Notes under the pieces: model-generated
Told to the model about the DNA's origin: nothing
Databases searched by the model: none
The model's input: only the letters and a program-made list of their open reading frames with translations
Shown: one piece after another, positions 36,601-48,010 of the stretch
Numbering within the stretch: position 1 is the stretch's first letter
Layout: each line of letters begins with the position of its first letter
DNA from: Macrostomum lignano
Lineage: Eukaryota
DNA length: 64,000 nucleotides
Reading direction: 5' to 3'
NCBI GenBank assembly: GCA_002269645.1
Contig: NIVC01000384.1
Coordinates: forward strand, 62,001 to 126,000
Program-made: the position numbers and the translations under genes

Positions 36601-39451
36601 TAGAAGCGTCATGTAAACAATCATAGAAGCGTCATGTAAACAATCATAGAAGCGTCATGTAAAAAATCATAGAAGCGTCATGTAAACAATCATAGAAGCG
36701 TCATGTAAAAATCATAGAAGCGCCATGTAAAAAATCATAGAAGCGTCATTTAAAAAATCATAGAAGCGTCATGTAAACAATCATAGAAGCGCCATGTAAA
36801 CAATCATAGAAGCGTCATTTAAAAAATCATAGAAGCGTCATGTAAACAATCATAGAAGCGTCATGTAAAAAATCATAGAAGCGTCATGTAAACAATCATA
36901 GAAGCGTCATGTAAACAATCATAGAAGCGTCATGTAAACAATCATAGAAGCGTCATGTAAACAATCATAGAAGCGTCATGTAAACAATCATAGAAGCGCC
37001 ATGTAAAAAATCATAGAAGCGTCATGTAAACAATCATAGAAGCGTCATGAAAAAATCATAGAAGCGTCATTTAAAAAATCATAGAAGCGTCATGTAAACA
37101 ATCATAGAAGCGCCATGTAAACAATCATAGAAGCGTCATTTAAAAAAATCATAGAAGCGTCATGTAAAAAATCATAGAAGCGTCATGTAAACAATCATAG
37201 AAGCGTCATGTAAACAATCATAGAAGCGTCATGTAAACAATCATAGAAGCGTCATGTAAACAATCATAGAAACGTCATGTAAAAAATCGTAGCAGCGTCA
37301 TGAAAAAATCATAGAAGCGTCATTTAAAAAATCATAGAAGCGTCATGTAAACAATCATAGAAGCGCCATGTAAACAATCATAGAAGCGTCATTTAAAAAA
37401 TCATAGAAGCGTCATGTAAACAATCATAGAAGCGTCATGTAAACAATCATAGAAGCGTCATGTAAACAATCATAGAAGCGTCATGTAAACAATCATAGAA
37501 GCGTCATGTAAAAAATCATAGAAGCGTCATGTAAACAATCATAGAAGCGTCATGTAAAAATCATAGAAGCGCCATGTAAAAAATCATAGAAGCGTCATTT
37601 AAAAAATCATAGAAGCGTCATGTAAACAATCATAGAAGCGCCATGTAAACAATCATAGAAGCGTCATTTAAAAAATCATAGAAGCGTCATGTAAACAATC
37701 ATAGAAGCGTCATGTAAAAAATCATAGAAGCGTCATGTAAACAATCATAGAAGCGTCATGTAAACAATCATAGAAGCGTCATGTAAACAATCATAGAAGC
37801 GTCATGTAAACAATCATAGAAGCGTCATGTAAACAATCATAGAAGCGTCATGTGAAAAATCATCGAAGCGTCATCTTAAAAATCGTAGAAGCGTCATGTA
37901 AGAAATCATAGAAGCGTCATGTAAAAATCATAGAAGCGTCATGAAAAAATCATAGAAGCCTCATTTAAAAAGTAATGAAAGTGTCATTTAAAATATTAAG
38001 AAGCATCATGGTAGAATAAAAGAAGCGTCATGTCAGACATGAAGGGTGTCATGTAAAAATTAAATGAAGCTATAATGCTGTGCTGGGGAGAATTACTGAG
38101 ACGTCAAGGCTCTCAGAGAATAACTGAGATTACGGGGGGGGGGGTTTCTGAGATGTCAAAGCAAAAGTCAGAGGCTACTTCAAAGTTCATGTACTTTACT
38201 CAATTTTTTATTGCATTCTTTGTTGGCTCGCCACGGGGGGGGCGCTGATAAAAAAAGCGTAATGTAAAAAATAAAAGAAGCTTCATGTCGAACTTAAGAG
38301 ATTCATTTGGGAATCCCTACGATGTCGAGGCTTGCAGGGAATCGCTATAATGCTGTAGTAGTGCTATAATGACTCTCAGAGAGAATTACTGAAATTTCAA
38401 TGCTTTAGGGTTAGGTTAGGGTTAGGGTTAGGGTAGGGTTAGGGTTAGGCTAGGGTTAGGGTTAGAAGGTTGACAGATATTTTTAGATTTCCAAGGCTTA
38501 TTGGGGGCATTGCTGAGATGTCAATGGGGGAAGTTGATATGTTAAAGCTTGTGGGGGGGGAGTTATTGACATGTCAAGGCTTACAAGGTTTGACAGGAGA
38601 TTTTTTAAGATTTCAAGGAAATATGTAGCTTATTAAAAAACGTGTATTGCATTTCTTTGGCTCCCCAACGGGGGGCGTAGATTGCTAGTCTACCCTGAGA
38701 ATCGGGCTCAATCTACCCTGAGAATCGGCCCCAATCTACCCTGAGAATCAGATCCAATCTACCCTGAGAATCAGATCCAATCTACCCTGAGAATCGGCCT
38801 CAATCTACCCTGAGAATCGGCCTCAATCTACCCTGAGAATCGGCCTCAATCTACCCTGAGAATCAGGTCCAATCTACCCTGAGAATCGGCCTCAATCTAC
38901 CCTGAGAATCGGCCTCAATCTACCCTGAGAATCGGCCTCAATCTACCCTGAGAATCGGCCTCAATCTACCCTGAGAATCGGCCTCAATCTACCCTGAGAA
39001 TCGGCCTCAATCTACCCTGAGAATCAGGTCCAATCTACCCTGAGAATCGGCCTCAATCTACCCTGAGAATCGGCCTCAATCTACCCTGAGAATCGGCCTC
39101 AATCTACCCTGAGAATCAGGTCCAATCTACCCTGAGAATCGGCCTCAATCTACCCAGAGAATCGGCCCCAATCTACCCTGAGAATCGGGCTCAATCCCGC
39201 AGGAGCAGGGCGCGGCCACCTCAGTGCTTGCCGCCTTCGACCCCACCATCGAGCAATACGGCGGCGGCTACTTCAACAACTGCACGCCCTGCGAGACCAG
39301 CGATCTTGGCCGCGACCCTCAGCTGACCGACAGGCTGTGGCGCATCAGCGACAGCCTTCTGCGCCGCTGCGAGTCCGAGTGGCTGGCCGAGGCCCCCGCG
39401 GGTGCCGGCGCTGGCGTCTCTCCGCTGGACGAGTGCGCTGTTGACCTTTAG
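24636..39451 (+). CDS. WWOX: WW domain-containing oxidoreductase (440 aa, 6 coding exons)
   Basis: Exons 24636-24757, 26674-26796, 29029-29287, 30373-30570, 34287-34658 and 39203-39451. All introns are GT-AG with consistent phases (1323 nt). Motifs: [14 protein letters not shown]...YYLNH...HWEHP (WW1), LPPGWE...DPRLAF (WW2), TGASSGIG (NAD(P) binding), [24 protein letters not shown] (YxxxK), HPGNM, ARPFTK and QGAAT...YFNNC. All are colinear with vertebrate WWOX. Confidence 0.95.
24822..26497. repeat. 30-bp minisatellite (ATATCAGCAATTCCCCCCAAAAGCCTTGAC)n in WWOX intron 1
   Basis: About 55 tandem units. Confidence 0.97.
27011..28107. repeat. 32-bp minisatellite (AGAGATCTACCCGTTTTCGGAAAATCGCCCTT)n in WWOX intron 2
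   Basis: About 34 highly homogeneous units, each with an AGATCT palindrome and a TTTTC-G-GAAAA mini-hairpin. Confidence 0.97.
28565..28862. repeat. Degenerate minisatellite of about 37-39 bp (GATCTTAATTCCCCGGTCATTTAGGAGGAATTTT-like) in WWOX intron 2
   Basis: About 8 diverged units. Confidence 0.85.
29658..30330. repeat. 21-bp minisatellite (ATGTCTATGGGAATTGGGATA)n in WWOX intron 3
   Basis: About 32 units, ending about 40 bp before the exon 4 acceptor. Confidence 0.97.
31628..31921. repeat. 16-bp minisatellite (GCCCCTTGGTGCTAAA)n in WWOX intron 4
   Basis: About 18 units. Confidence 0.96.
32375..34240. repeat. 23-bp minisatellite (ATAAACACACTATGGATAGCCTC)n in WWOX intron 4
   Basis: About 80 units, ending about 45 bp before the exon 5 acceptor. 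Confidence 0.97.
34700..35148. repeat. 23-bp minisatellite (CTACCCTGAGAATCGGCCTCAAT)n, donor-side copy in WWOX intron 5
   Basis: About 19 units starting about 40 bp after the donor. Confidence 0.96.
35775..37965. repeat. 23-bp minisatellite (ATCATAGAAGCGTCATGTAAACA)n in WWOX intron 5
   Basis: About 95 units with recurring variant blocks. Confidence 0.97.
38405..38465 (+). repeat. Interstitial telomeric repeat (TTAGGG)n
   Basis: About 10 slightly degenerate TTAGGG units. Confidence 0.9.
38689..39195. repeat. 23-bp minisatellite (CTACCCTGAGAATCGGCCTCAAT)n, acceptor-side copy in WWOX intron 5
   Basis: About 22 units of the same family and orientation as 34700-35148, running into the CCCGCAG acceptor. 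Confidence 0.96.
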
Positions 39452-39643
39452 TGACCTTGTGCCGATGCAAGCGTGTAGAATTTGGAATTACTAATTTTTA
39501 ATGCTGGATTGTTACTGTATTTTGAGAGTTGATAAAACTATTACTAAAGTCCCTACCGGTAATGGTTGCCTATCTGTATAGTCTGTAGTGTCACTAGTTT
39601 TTTACTTTGTAAAGTGTATAATTTCACTGCTTTACTCTGTAAA

Positions 39644-39663
39644 TCTGTCTGTCTGCGTGTCCA

Positions 39664-39738
<75 letters not shown>

Positions 39739-39759
39739 GGCTGTCTGTCTGTCTGTCCA

Positions 39760-39814
<55 letters not shown>

Positions 39815-39968
39815 GTCTGTCTATCTGTCTGTCTGTCTGTCTGTCTGTCTGACTGTCTGTCTGACTGTCTGTCTGTCTGTCTGTCTGTCTGACTGTCTGT
39901 CTGACTGTCTGTCTGTCTGACTGTCTGTCTGTCTGTCTGTCTTAGTGTCTGTCTGAGTGTCTGTCTGT
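39644..39968. repeat. (GTCT)n microsatellite
   Basis: Tetranucleotide run about 190 bp after the WWOX stop. Confidence 0.97.
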
Positions 39969-40608
39969 CAATTTAGGCCATCTGAATGTACTTATCGGTG
40001 GAAATTTGATTTTAATAAACCAGTGAGCGGCAGTAACCGGCTGGCTGATTAAGTATCAAACTGATTATCTTTTCGCCACACCCGTTGTTAATTTCTGTTA
40101 GCCTAAGGTGCTGCATTAGGTTTATCTGCAAGGGATTAACAGGTTCAGTTGCAATTTTGGTAGCGACTTTTCGATCGTTACAAATGTCGTATAGCTGTAG
40201 AGATGCAACAAGCGACTATTTCAGCGGGAAAAGCTCCGATAATCCTTGCTTTTTATGAAAACTTTTTCAACCGGGTCAAAGCTACAATTGAAGCAGTTTC
40301 ACCCCAGAGAAAATACGCCAGTACAAGAGGCTAGTCTGTTATCCACAGTGGATGTTGAATTCTGCTCCGAGCCATTGTCTTCATGCTCTGAAGAAGCCAA
40401 GAAGCTTTGATGCATTGCATTTTCACATTGTCAAGCTTTTTTCCTAAGGGATGCCCGTAGTGGCATCAGCTGGTTCGTCCCAACCAATGAGGAATAATCT
40501 CGCCTTGATAAGTACTGTATTTTCGGCTCAGCTCAATCCGCCTCCTAATGCCTTCTGGTTCGAGCGTCCCAGCTTATGAACTTGTCCCGCGATTCGACTC
40601 TCGTTGCC

Positions 40609-43600
40609 ATGCGCTTGGCGATTCTTTTTGCTGTTTTCTTCTCTGCGACTTGGGAATTCGGACACTGCAGCGACTGTCCGAGTTTCACCCGCCGGCTAGC
40701 TCGACTCTGCCTTCGAGACGAGTTCCTTATCAACGCTTCGTCGGTTCGCGTTGCTAACGACGCCACCTGCGGTCTGGCCTGCATCGAGCGAGGCCCGCGG
40801 TGCCATGGCTACCGGTTGGCAACCAGCGTTGGCTGTCAGCTGTTCGAGTTTGACAGGTGCAGCGTGGCGGTGAACGTGCCCGAGAGCGAGTGCAGTCTGC
40901 GGAAACTTGACTGGGTCTTTGTCCGGCACCGGGCCGGCTTGCCCAGGGGACGGCTCTGCCCGGACGGCTTTGGCCACGGCTGGCTGGGCTCGGTGTACAA
41001 GCTGCTGGACGTTGCCGACTGGAACGAGGGTCTGGCCAGGTGCGAACCGGTGTCCGAGGGTTTTAGGAGGGATTTTTAGGCGACAAGTTTAACTGGTCTC
41101 TGGTTTTTGACTGTCTGCCAACTGCTCCAAGACCATAAATTGGATGTAGTCCCTAACAAAAATCTAAACCCTACCCTGACCTAAACCAAACCCTACCCTG
41201 ACCTAAACCAAACCCTACCCTGACCTAAACCAAACCCTACCCTGACCTAAACCAAACCCTACCCTGACCTAAACCAAACCCTACCCTGACCTAAACCAAA
41301 CCCTACCCTGACCTAAACCAAACCCTACCCTGACCTAAACCAAACCCTACCCTGACCTAAACCAAACCCTACCCTGACCTAAACCAAACCCTACCCTGAC
41401 CTAAACCAAACCCTACCCTGACCTAAACCAAACCCTACCCTGACCTAAACCAAACCCTACCCTGACCTAAACCAAACCCTACCCTGACCTAAACCAAACC
41501 CTACCCTGACCTAAACCAAACCCTACCCTGACCTAAACCAAACCCTACCCTGACCTAAACCAAACCCTACCCTGACCTAAACCAAACCCTACCCTGACCT
41601 AAACCAAACCCTACCCTGACATAAACCTAACCCTACCCTGACCTAAACCTAACCCTACCCTACCCTGACAAAAACCTAACCCTACCCTGGCCTAAACCTA
41701 ACCATACCCTGACCTAAACCAAACCCTACCCTGACCTAAACCAAACCCTACCCTGACCTAAACCAAACCCTACCCTGACCTAAACCAAACCCTACCCTGA
41801 CCTAAACCAAACCCTACCCTGACCTAAACCAAACCCTACCCTGACCTAAACCAAACCCTACCCTGACCTAAACCAAACCCTACCCTGACCTAAACCAAAC
41901 CCTACCCTGACCTAAACCAAACCCTACCCTGACCTAAACCAAACCCTACCCTGACCTAAACCAAACCCTACCCTGACCTAAACCAAACCCTACCCTGACC
42001 TAAACCAAACCCTACCCTGACCTAAACCAAACCCTACCCTGACCTAAACCAAACCCTACCCTGACATAAACCTAACCCTACCCTGACCTAAACCTAACCC
42101 TACCCTACCCTGACAAAAACCTAACCCTACCCTGGCCTAAACCTAACCATACCCTGACCTAAACCAAACCCTACCCTGACCTAAACCAAACCCTACCCTG
42201 ACCTAAACCTAACCATACCCTGACCTAAACCAAACCCTACCCTGACCTAAACCTACCCTGACCTAAACCAAACCCTACCCTGACCTAAACCTACCCTGAC
42301 CTAAACCTACCCTGACATAAACCTAACCCTACCCTACCCTGACCTAAACCTAACCCAACCCTACCCTGACCTAAACCTAACCATACCCTGACCTAAACCA
42401 AACCCTACCCTGACCTAAACCTACCCTGACCTAAACCTACCCTGACAGAAACCTAACCCTACCCTACCCTGACAAAAACCTAACCCTACCCTGACCTAAA
42501 CCAAACCCTACCCTGACCTAAACCTACCCTGACCTAAACCTACCCTGACCTAAACCTACCCTGACATAAACCTAACCCTACCCTACCCTGACCTAAACCT
42601 AACCCAACCCTACCCTGACCTAAACCTAACCCTACCCTGACCTAACCTTAACCCTACCCTGACCTAAACCAAACCCTACCCTAACCTAAACCAAAACCTT
42701 TTCTAACCTAAACCTAACCCTGCCCTGATCTAACCCTACCCTACCCTGACCTAAACCTACCCTGACCTAAACCAAACCCTACCCTGACCTAAACTTAACC
42801 CTACCCTGACCTAAACCAAACCCTACCCTGACCTAAACCAAACCCTACCCTGACCTAAACCAAACCCTACCCTGACCTAAACCAAACCCTACCCTGACCT
42901 AAACCAAACCCTACCCTGACCTAAACCAAACCCTACCCTGACCTAAACCAAACCCTACCCTGACATAAACCTAACCCTACCCTGACCTAAAACTAACCCT
43001 ACCCTACCCTGACAAAAACCTAACCCTACCCTGGCCTAAACCTAACCATACCCTGACCTAAACCAAACCCTACCCTGACCTAAACCTACCCTGACCTAAA
43101 CCTACCCTGACAAAAACCTAACCCTACCCTGGCCTAAACCTAACCATACCCTGACCTAAACCAAACCCTACCCTGACCTAAACCAAACCCTACCCTGACC
43201 TAAACCAAACCCTACCCTGACCTAAACCAAACCCTACCCTGACCTAAACCAAACCCTACCCTGACCTAAACCAAACCCTACCCTGACCTAAACTTAACCC
43301 TACCCTGACCTAAACCAAACCCTACCCTGACCTAAACCAAACCCTACCCTGACCTAAACCAAACCCTACCCTGACCTAAACCAAACCCTACCCTGACCTA
43401 AACCAAACCCTACCCTGATCTAAACCAAACCCTACCCTGACATAAACCTAACCCTACCCTGACCTAAACCTAACCCTACCCTACCCTGACAAAAACCTAA
43501 CCCTACCCTGGCTTAAACCTAACCATACCCTGACCTAAACCAAACCCTACCCTGACCTAAACCTACCCTGACCTAAACCTACCCTGACATAAACCTAACC

Positions 43601-45665
43601 CTACCCTGACCTAAACCTAACCCTACTCTACCCTGACAAAAACCTAACCCTACCCTGACCTAAACCAAACCCTACCCTGACCTAAACCTACCCTGACCTA
43701 AACCTACCCTGACATAAACCTAACCCTACCCTACCCTGACCTAAACCTAACCCAACCCTACCCTGACCTAAACCTAACCCTACCCTGACCTAACCTTAAC
43801 CCTACCCTGACCTAAACCAAACCCTACCCTAACCTAAACCAAAACCTTTTCTAACCTAAACCTAACCCTACCCTGATCTAACCCTACCCTACCCTGACTT
43901 AAACCTACCCTGACCTAAACCTAACCCTACCCTACCCTGACCTAAACCTACCCTGACCCAACCCTCACCCTAACTCAGTCATTGCTAATCAGTCAAAAGT
44001 CGGGAATCGGATATGAAATTCTGTTAAATCAACTCAAGTTGTAAATTGAACTCATTTAACTCACCTGAAATCTGTGCTCATTTATGGAGGCCTTGTATTT
44101 TTCTCGCCTCCTGCCAGAGAATCATTACACGAGAATGTGATTTACATGTGCATGTCTTAAATGCTAGCAATGTGCTATGGTAATACAATAGATTCTCATG
44201 AATAAATATTAAGACTCAGCTGGGACTTTTGAAACCCTTGGTGTGCAAACAGACAAATATTGGCAAGCAAACTATTGCGTGGAAATCTCATAGATCCTTG
44301 TTCAGACTGCCTCCATTACTAATTGCAGCTTACAGATTTTTTTGAGTTTGCAGGTGCAAATGCGTATTTTAGTGTATTTTGCTTCGGAGCTGCATCTCGA
44401 GACTCTCGATATTTGAGAAACCTATTTGAGCAGCTAAGGCCCCTCGAGCGTTATCGCAAATAGCTCTGTAGCTATTGTAGATCTTGCAGAGGAGGCTAAC
44501 GGCTGAAACGACGGCCCCCGACGCGGCTCTCTCACAATTACTGATAAAAATCCTGGCTTTGCCTAAGAGTTTCAGACACATTTTCATAGATTTAGGACAC
44601 ATTTAGATGCATTTAGGACACATTTAGGACACGTTTCGATACACATTTAGATACACTTAGGACACATTTGAACACATTTAGGATACATTTAGGACATACA
44701 TGTATTTAGATACATTTAGCACATGTAGATACATTTAAGACACATTTAGCCACATTTAAGACACATTTGGAAACATTTAGGGCAAATTTAGATACATTTA
44801 TATACATTTAGCACACAAACACATTTAGGATACATCTAGGACACATTTAGATACATTTAGGACACATTTAGGAAACATCGAGCATATTTAGCACATATTT
44901 AAATACATTTAGGACATATTTAGATACATAGGACACATAGAGACACATTTAGGACACATAGAGACACATTTAGGACACATAGAGACACATTTAGGACACA
45001 TCGAGACACATTTAGATGTACACAAACTTCTTCAACCATTTCTTGAAATATAAATGTCTCTAAATATTTAAGGCACATTTGAGGACACATTCTGATAAGA
45101 TCAGGACACATTTAGGACACATGTAGACAGAAGACACGGATTAAGAATGCTTTGAAACAAATTACTGCCAGATTTAGACACCATCATAAAAATATGAGAA
45201 GCAGATGCTCGGGGGTAGGAGCATTAGTCTCATGTTAATAGTCATTTAGTTGATTTATAGACTCATTTTTACAAGCATGACGCTATATGGCCATTCAAGA
45301 CAACTCTAAATGACTACTCCAGGTGCGAGTCCATGACCAACCACGGCCTGACCAAATTTGCCGACGGTAACAACGCTGCTGAGGTGACCCACCTGCACTG
45401 GATCAAGGCGAACGTCAACTCCGGTCGGTCGTTCTTTGTCGGCGGATTCCGACCGGGCGGGTCCACCTCGGACCCCTGGTTCTGGCGCGGCTGCAACTCG
45501 TCCTTCCTGCCAGAGGTCTGGGGCTACGGGCAGCCCAACGAAGGCGTCAGCGCCGACCGTAGCAACGTGTGGTCAACCCACTCGTCCGGCATAGATGACG
45601 TAACCTACAAATACTCTTCCATTGGCCAGGCTCTGTGCGAGTGCGTGGATCCATTTGCTGATTGA
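40609..45665 (+). CDS. Secreted PAN/Apple-like plus C-type lectin domain protein (about 257 aa, 2 exons)
   Basis: Exons 40609 (or upstream ATG 40576)-41039 and 45323-45665, joined by a phase 2 GT-AG intron. Signal peptide MRLAILFAVFFSATWEFGHC. PAN-like TCGLACIERGPRCHGY...CQL. CTLD features: CPDGF...YKL...WNEGLARCE, FFVGG, WFW, WGYGQPN and ALCE. Confidence 0.82.
41163..43975. repeat. Telomere-like 22-bp satellite (CCCTACCCTGACCTAAACCAAA)n in the lectin-gene intron
   Basis: 2.8-kb C-rich array with CCTAAC/CCCTAA variants and repeated variant blocks. Confidence 0.96.
44575..45125. repeat. Degenerate (ACACATTTAGG)-type repeat region
   Basis: Many diverged copies of CACATTTAG(G/A)(T/C)A. Confidence 0.8.
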
Positions 45666-45711
45666 GATTGAGAAATGTTTGAGATTACAAGGCGATTCAG
45701 GCACAGCCTTT

Positions 45712-46898
45712 GATTAGGGGAGGCTTAGACAGTTTTTAGGGGAGGCTTAGACAGTTTTTAGGGGAGGCTTAGACAGTTTTTAGGGGAGGCTTAGACAGTT
45801 TTTAGGGGAGGCTTAGACAGTTTTTTGGGGAGGCTTAGACAGTTTTTAGGGGAGGCTTAGACAGTTTTTAGGGGAGACTTAGACAGTTTTTAGGGGAGGC
45901 TTAGACAGTTTTTAGGGGAGGCTTAGACAGTTTTTAGGGGAGGCTTAGACAGTTTTTAGGGGAGGCTTAGACAGTTTTTAGGGGAGGCTTAGACAGTTTT
46001 TAGGGGAGGCTTAGACAGTTTTTAGGGGAGGCTTAGACAGTTTTTAGGGGAGGCTTAGACAGTTTTTAGGGGAGGCTTAGACAGTTTTTAGGGGAGGCTT
46101 AGACAGTTTTTAGGGGAGGCTTAGACAGTTTTTAGGGGAGGCTTAGACAGTTTTTAGGGGAGGCTTAGACAGTTTTTAGGGGAGGCTTAGACAGTTTTTA
46201 GGGGAGGCTTAGACAGTTTTTAGGGGAGGCTTAGACAGTTTTTAGGGGAGGCTTAGACAGTTTTTAGGGGAGGCTTAGACAGTTTTTAGGGGAGACTTAG
46301 ACAGTTTTTAGGGGAGACTTAGACAGTTTTTAGGGGAGGCTTAGACAGTTTTTAGGGGAGGCTTAGACAGTTTTTAGGGGAGGCTTAGACAATTTTTAGG
46401 GGAGACTTAGACAGTTTTTAGGGGGAGTTAAGTCCATTTTAGGGGAGACTTAGACAGTTTTTAGGGGGAGTTAAGTCCATTTTAGGGGAGACTTAGACAG
46501 TTTTTAGGGGGAGTTAAGTCCATTTTAGGGGAGACTTAGACAGTTTTTAGGGGGAGTTAACTCCATTTTAGGGGAGACTTAGACAGTTTTTAGGGGGGAG
46601 TTAAGTCCATTTTAGGGGAGACTTAGACAGTTTTTAGGGGAGGCTTAGACAGTTTTTAGGGGAGGCTTAGACAGTTTTTAGGGGAGGCTTAGACAGTTTT
46701 TAGGGGAGGCTTAGACAGTTTTTAGGGGAGATTTAGACAGTTTTTATGGGAGATTTAGACAGTTTTTAGGGGAGGCTTAGACAGTTTTTAGGGGAGGCTT
46801 AGACAGTTTTTAGGGGAGGCTTAGACAGTTTTTAGGGGAGATTTAGACAGTTTTTAGGGGAGATTTAGACAGTTTTTATGGGAGATTTAGACAGTTTT
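45712..46898. repeat. 22-bp minisatellite (GGGGAGGCTTAGACAGTTTTTA)n
   Basis: About 50 units starting about 50 bp after the lectin-gene stop. Confidence 0.97.
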
Positions 46899-48010
46899 AT
46901 TGATTTGTGGGAGGTTCCCACGGAAATTAATTCTCAGAGTTGATAGAAAGTTAATAAAGGTCAGATTTTAATTTTAATGAAAATGCATTAGCAAGATATT
47001 AGGTTCCTGCTTTTTCAATAATTTTCAGCTGCAAAATAAATTCCTGAAATACAAATTTCCGTAGAATTTTGCGTTTTCACAAATAAAAATTGGCCTTCTA
47101 AACCAAATACTCTGACCTCTGTAAACCCCCAATTTTTAACGGAAAATCTTTTAAAACCGAAATAAATCTTCTTCAAAGCTTGTCAAACTACAGTGTTGAC
47201 TTTATTTGCAGAAAAAAGAATCATCTTTTTGTCTTGAAATTGTCGCCAATAGCTGACAATCTCACAGATGGCTTGAGTCGGATATCAGACAAAAATATCT
47301 GCAAGGGTGAAATTTCACAACGCATTTGCTGCGGTTGCTATGGCAACTAAAGACTATACGTAGAAGCTGGCCGCATCAGAGAAACGGTGGGGGACCGCTA
47401 CAATGCCATAGGCAAAGAGCAAATAAAAGATTGGAAAACGCTGACAATGGGAATAATGGAGACTAGGGGAGAATTTCGGTTGAGAATTAATGTGATAATT
47501 GTATCCAGACCAGACTAAATAGACTGGGGGAGAGATGATAGACTGAGAGGGATAGACTGAGGGAGAAAATAGACTGAGGGGGAAAATAGACTGAGGGGGG
47601 AAATAGACTGAGGGGAAGATAGACTGGGGGAAGATGATAGACTCCAAGGGGGGGGAAATAGACTGAGGGGAGATAGGCTGGGGGAAGATGATAGACTCCA
47701 AGGGGGGGAAATAGACTGAGGGGGAGATAGGCTGGGGGAAGATGATAGACTGAGGGGGGGAAATCGACTGAGGGGGAAGATAGGCTGGGGGAAGATGATA
47801 GACTGAGGGGGGGGGGAAATCGACTGAGGGGGAAGATAGGCTGGGGGAAGATGATAGACTCCAAGGGGGGAAATAGACTGAGGGGGAGATAGGCTGGGGG
47901 AAGATGATAGACTGAGGGGGGGGGAAAATCGACTGAGGGGGAAGATAGGCTGGGGGAAGATGATAGACTGCAAGGGGGAAAATAGACTGAGGGGGAAGAT
48001 AGGCTGGGGG

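Noticed and set aside
24822-46898. Regularly spaced repeats superficially like CRISPR arrays
   Set aside because: The units are head-to-tail with no unique spacers, there are no cas genes, and the context is eukaryotic.
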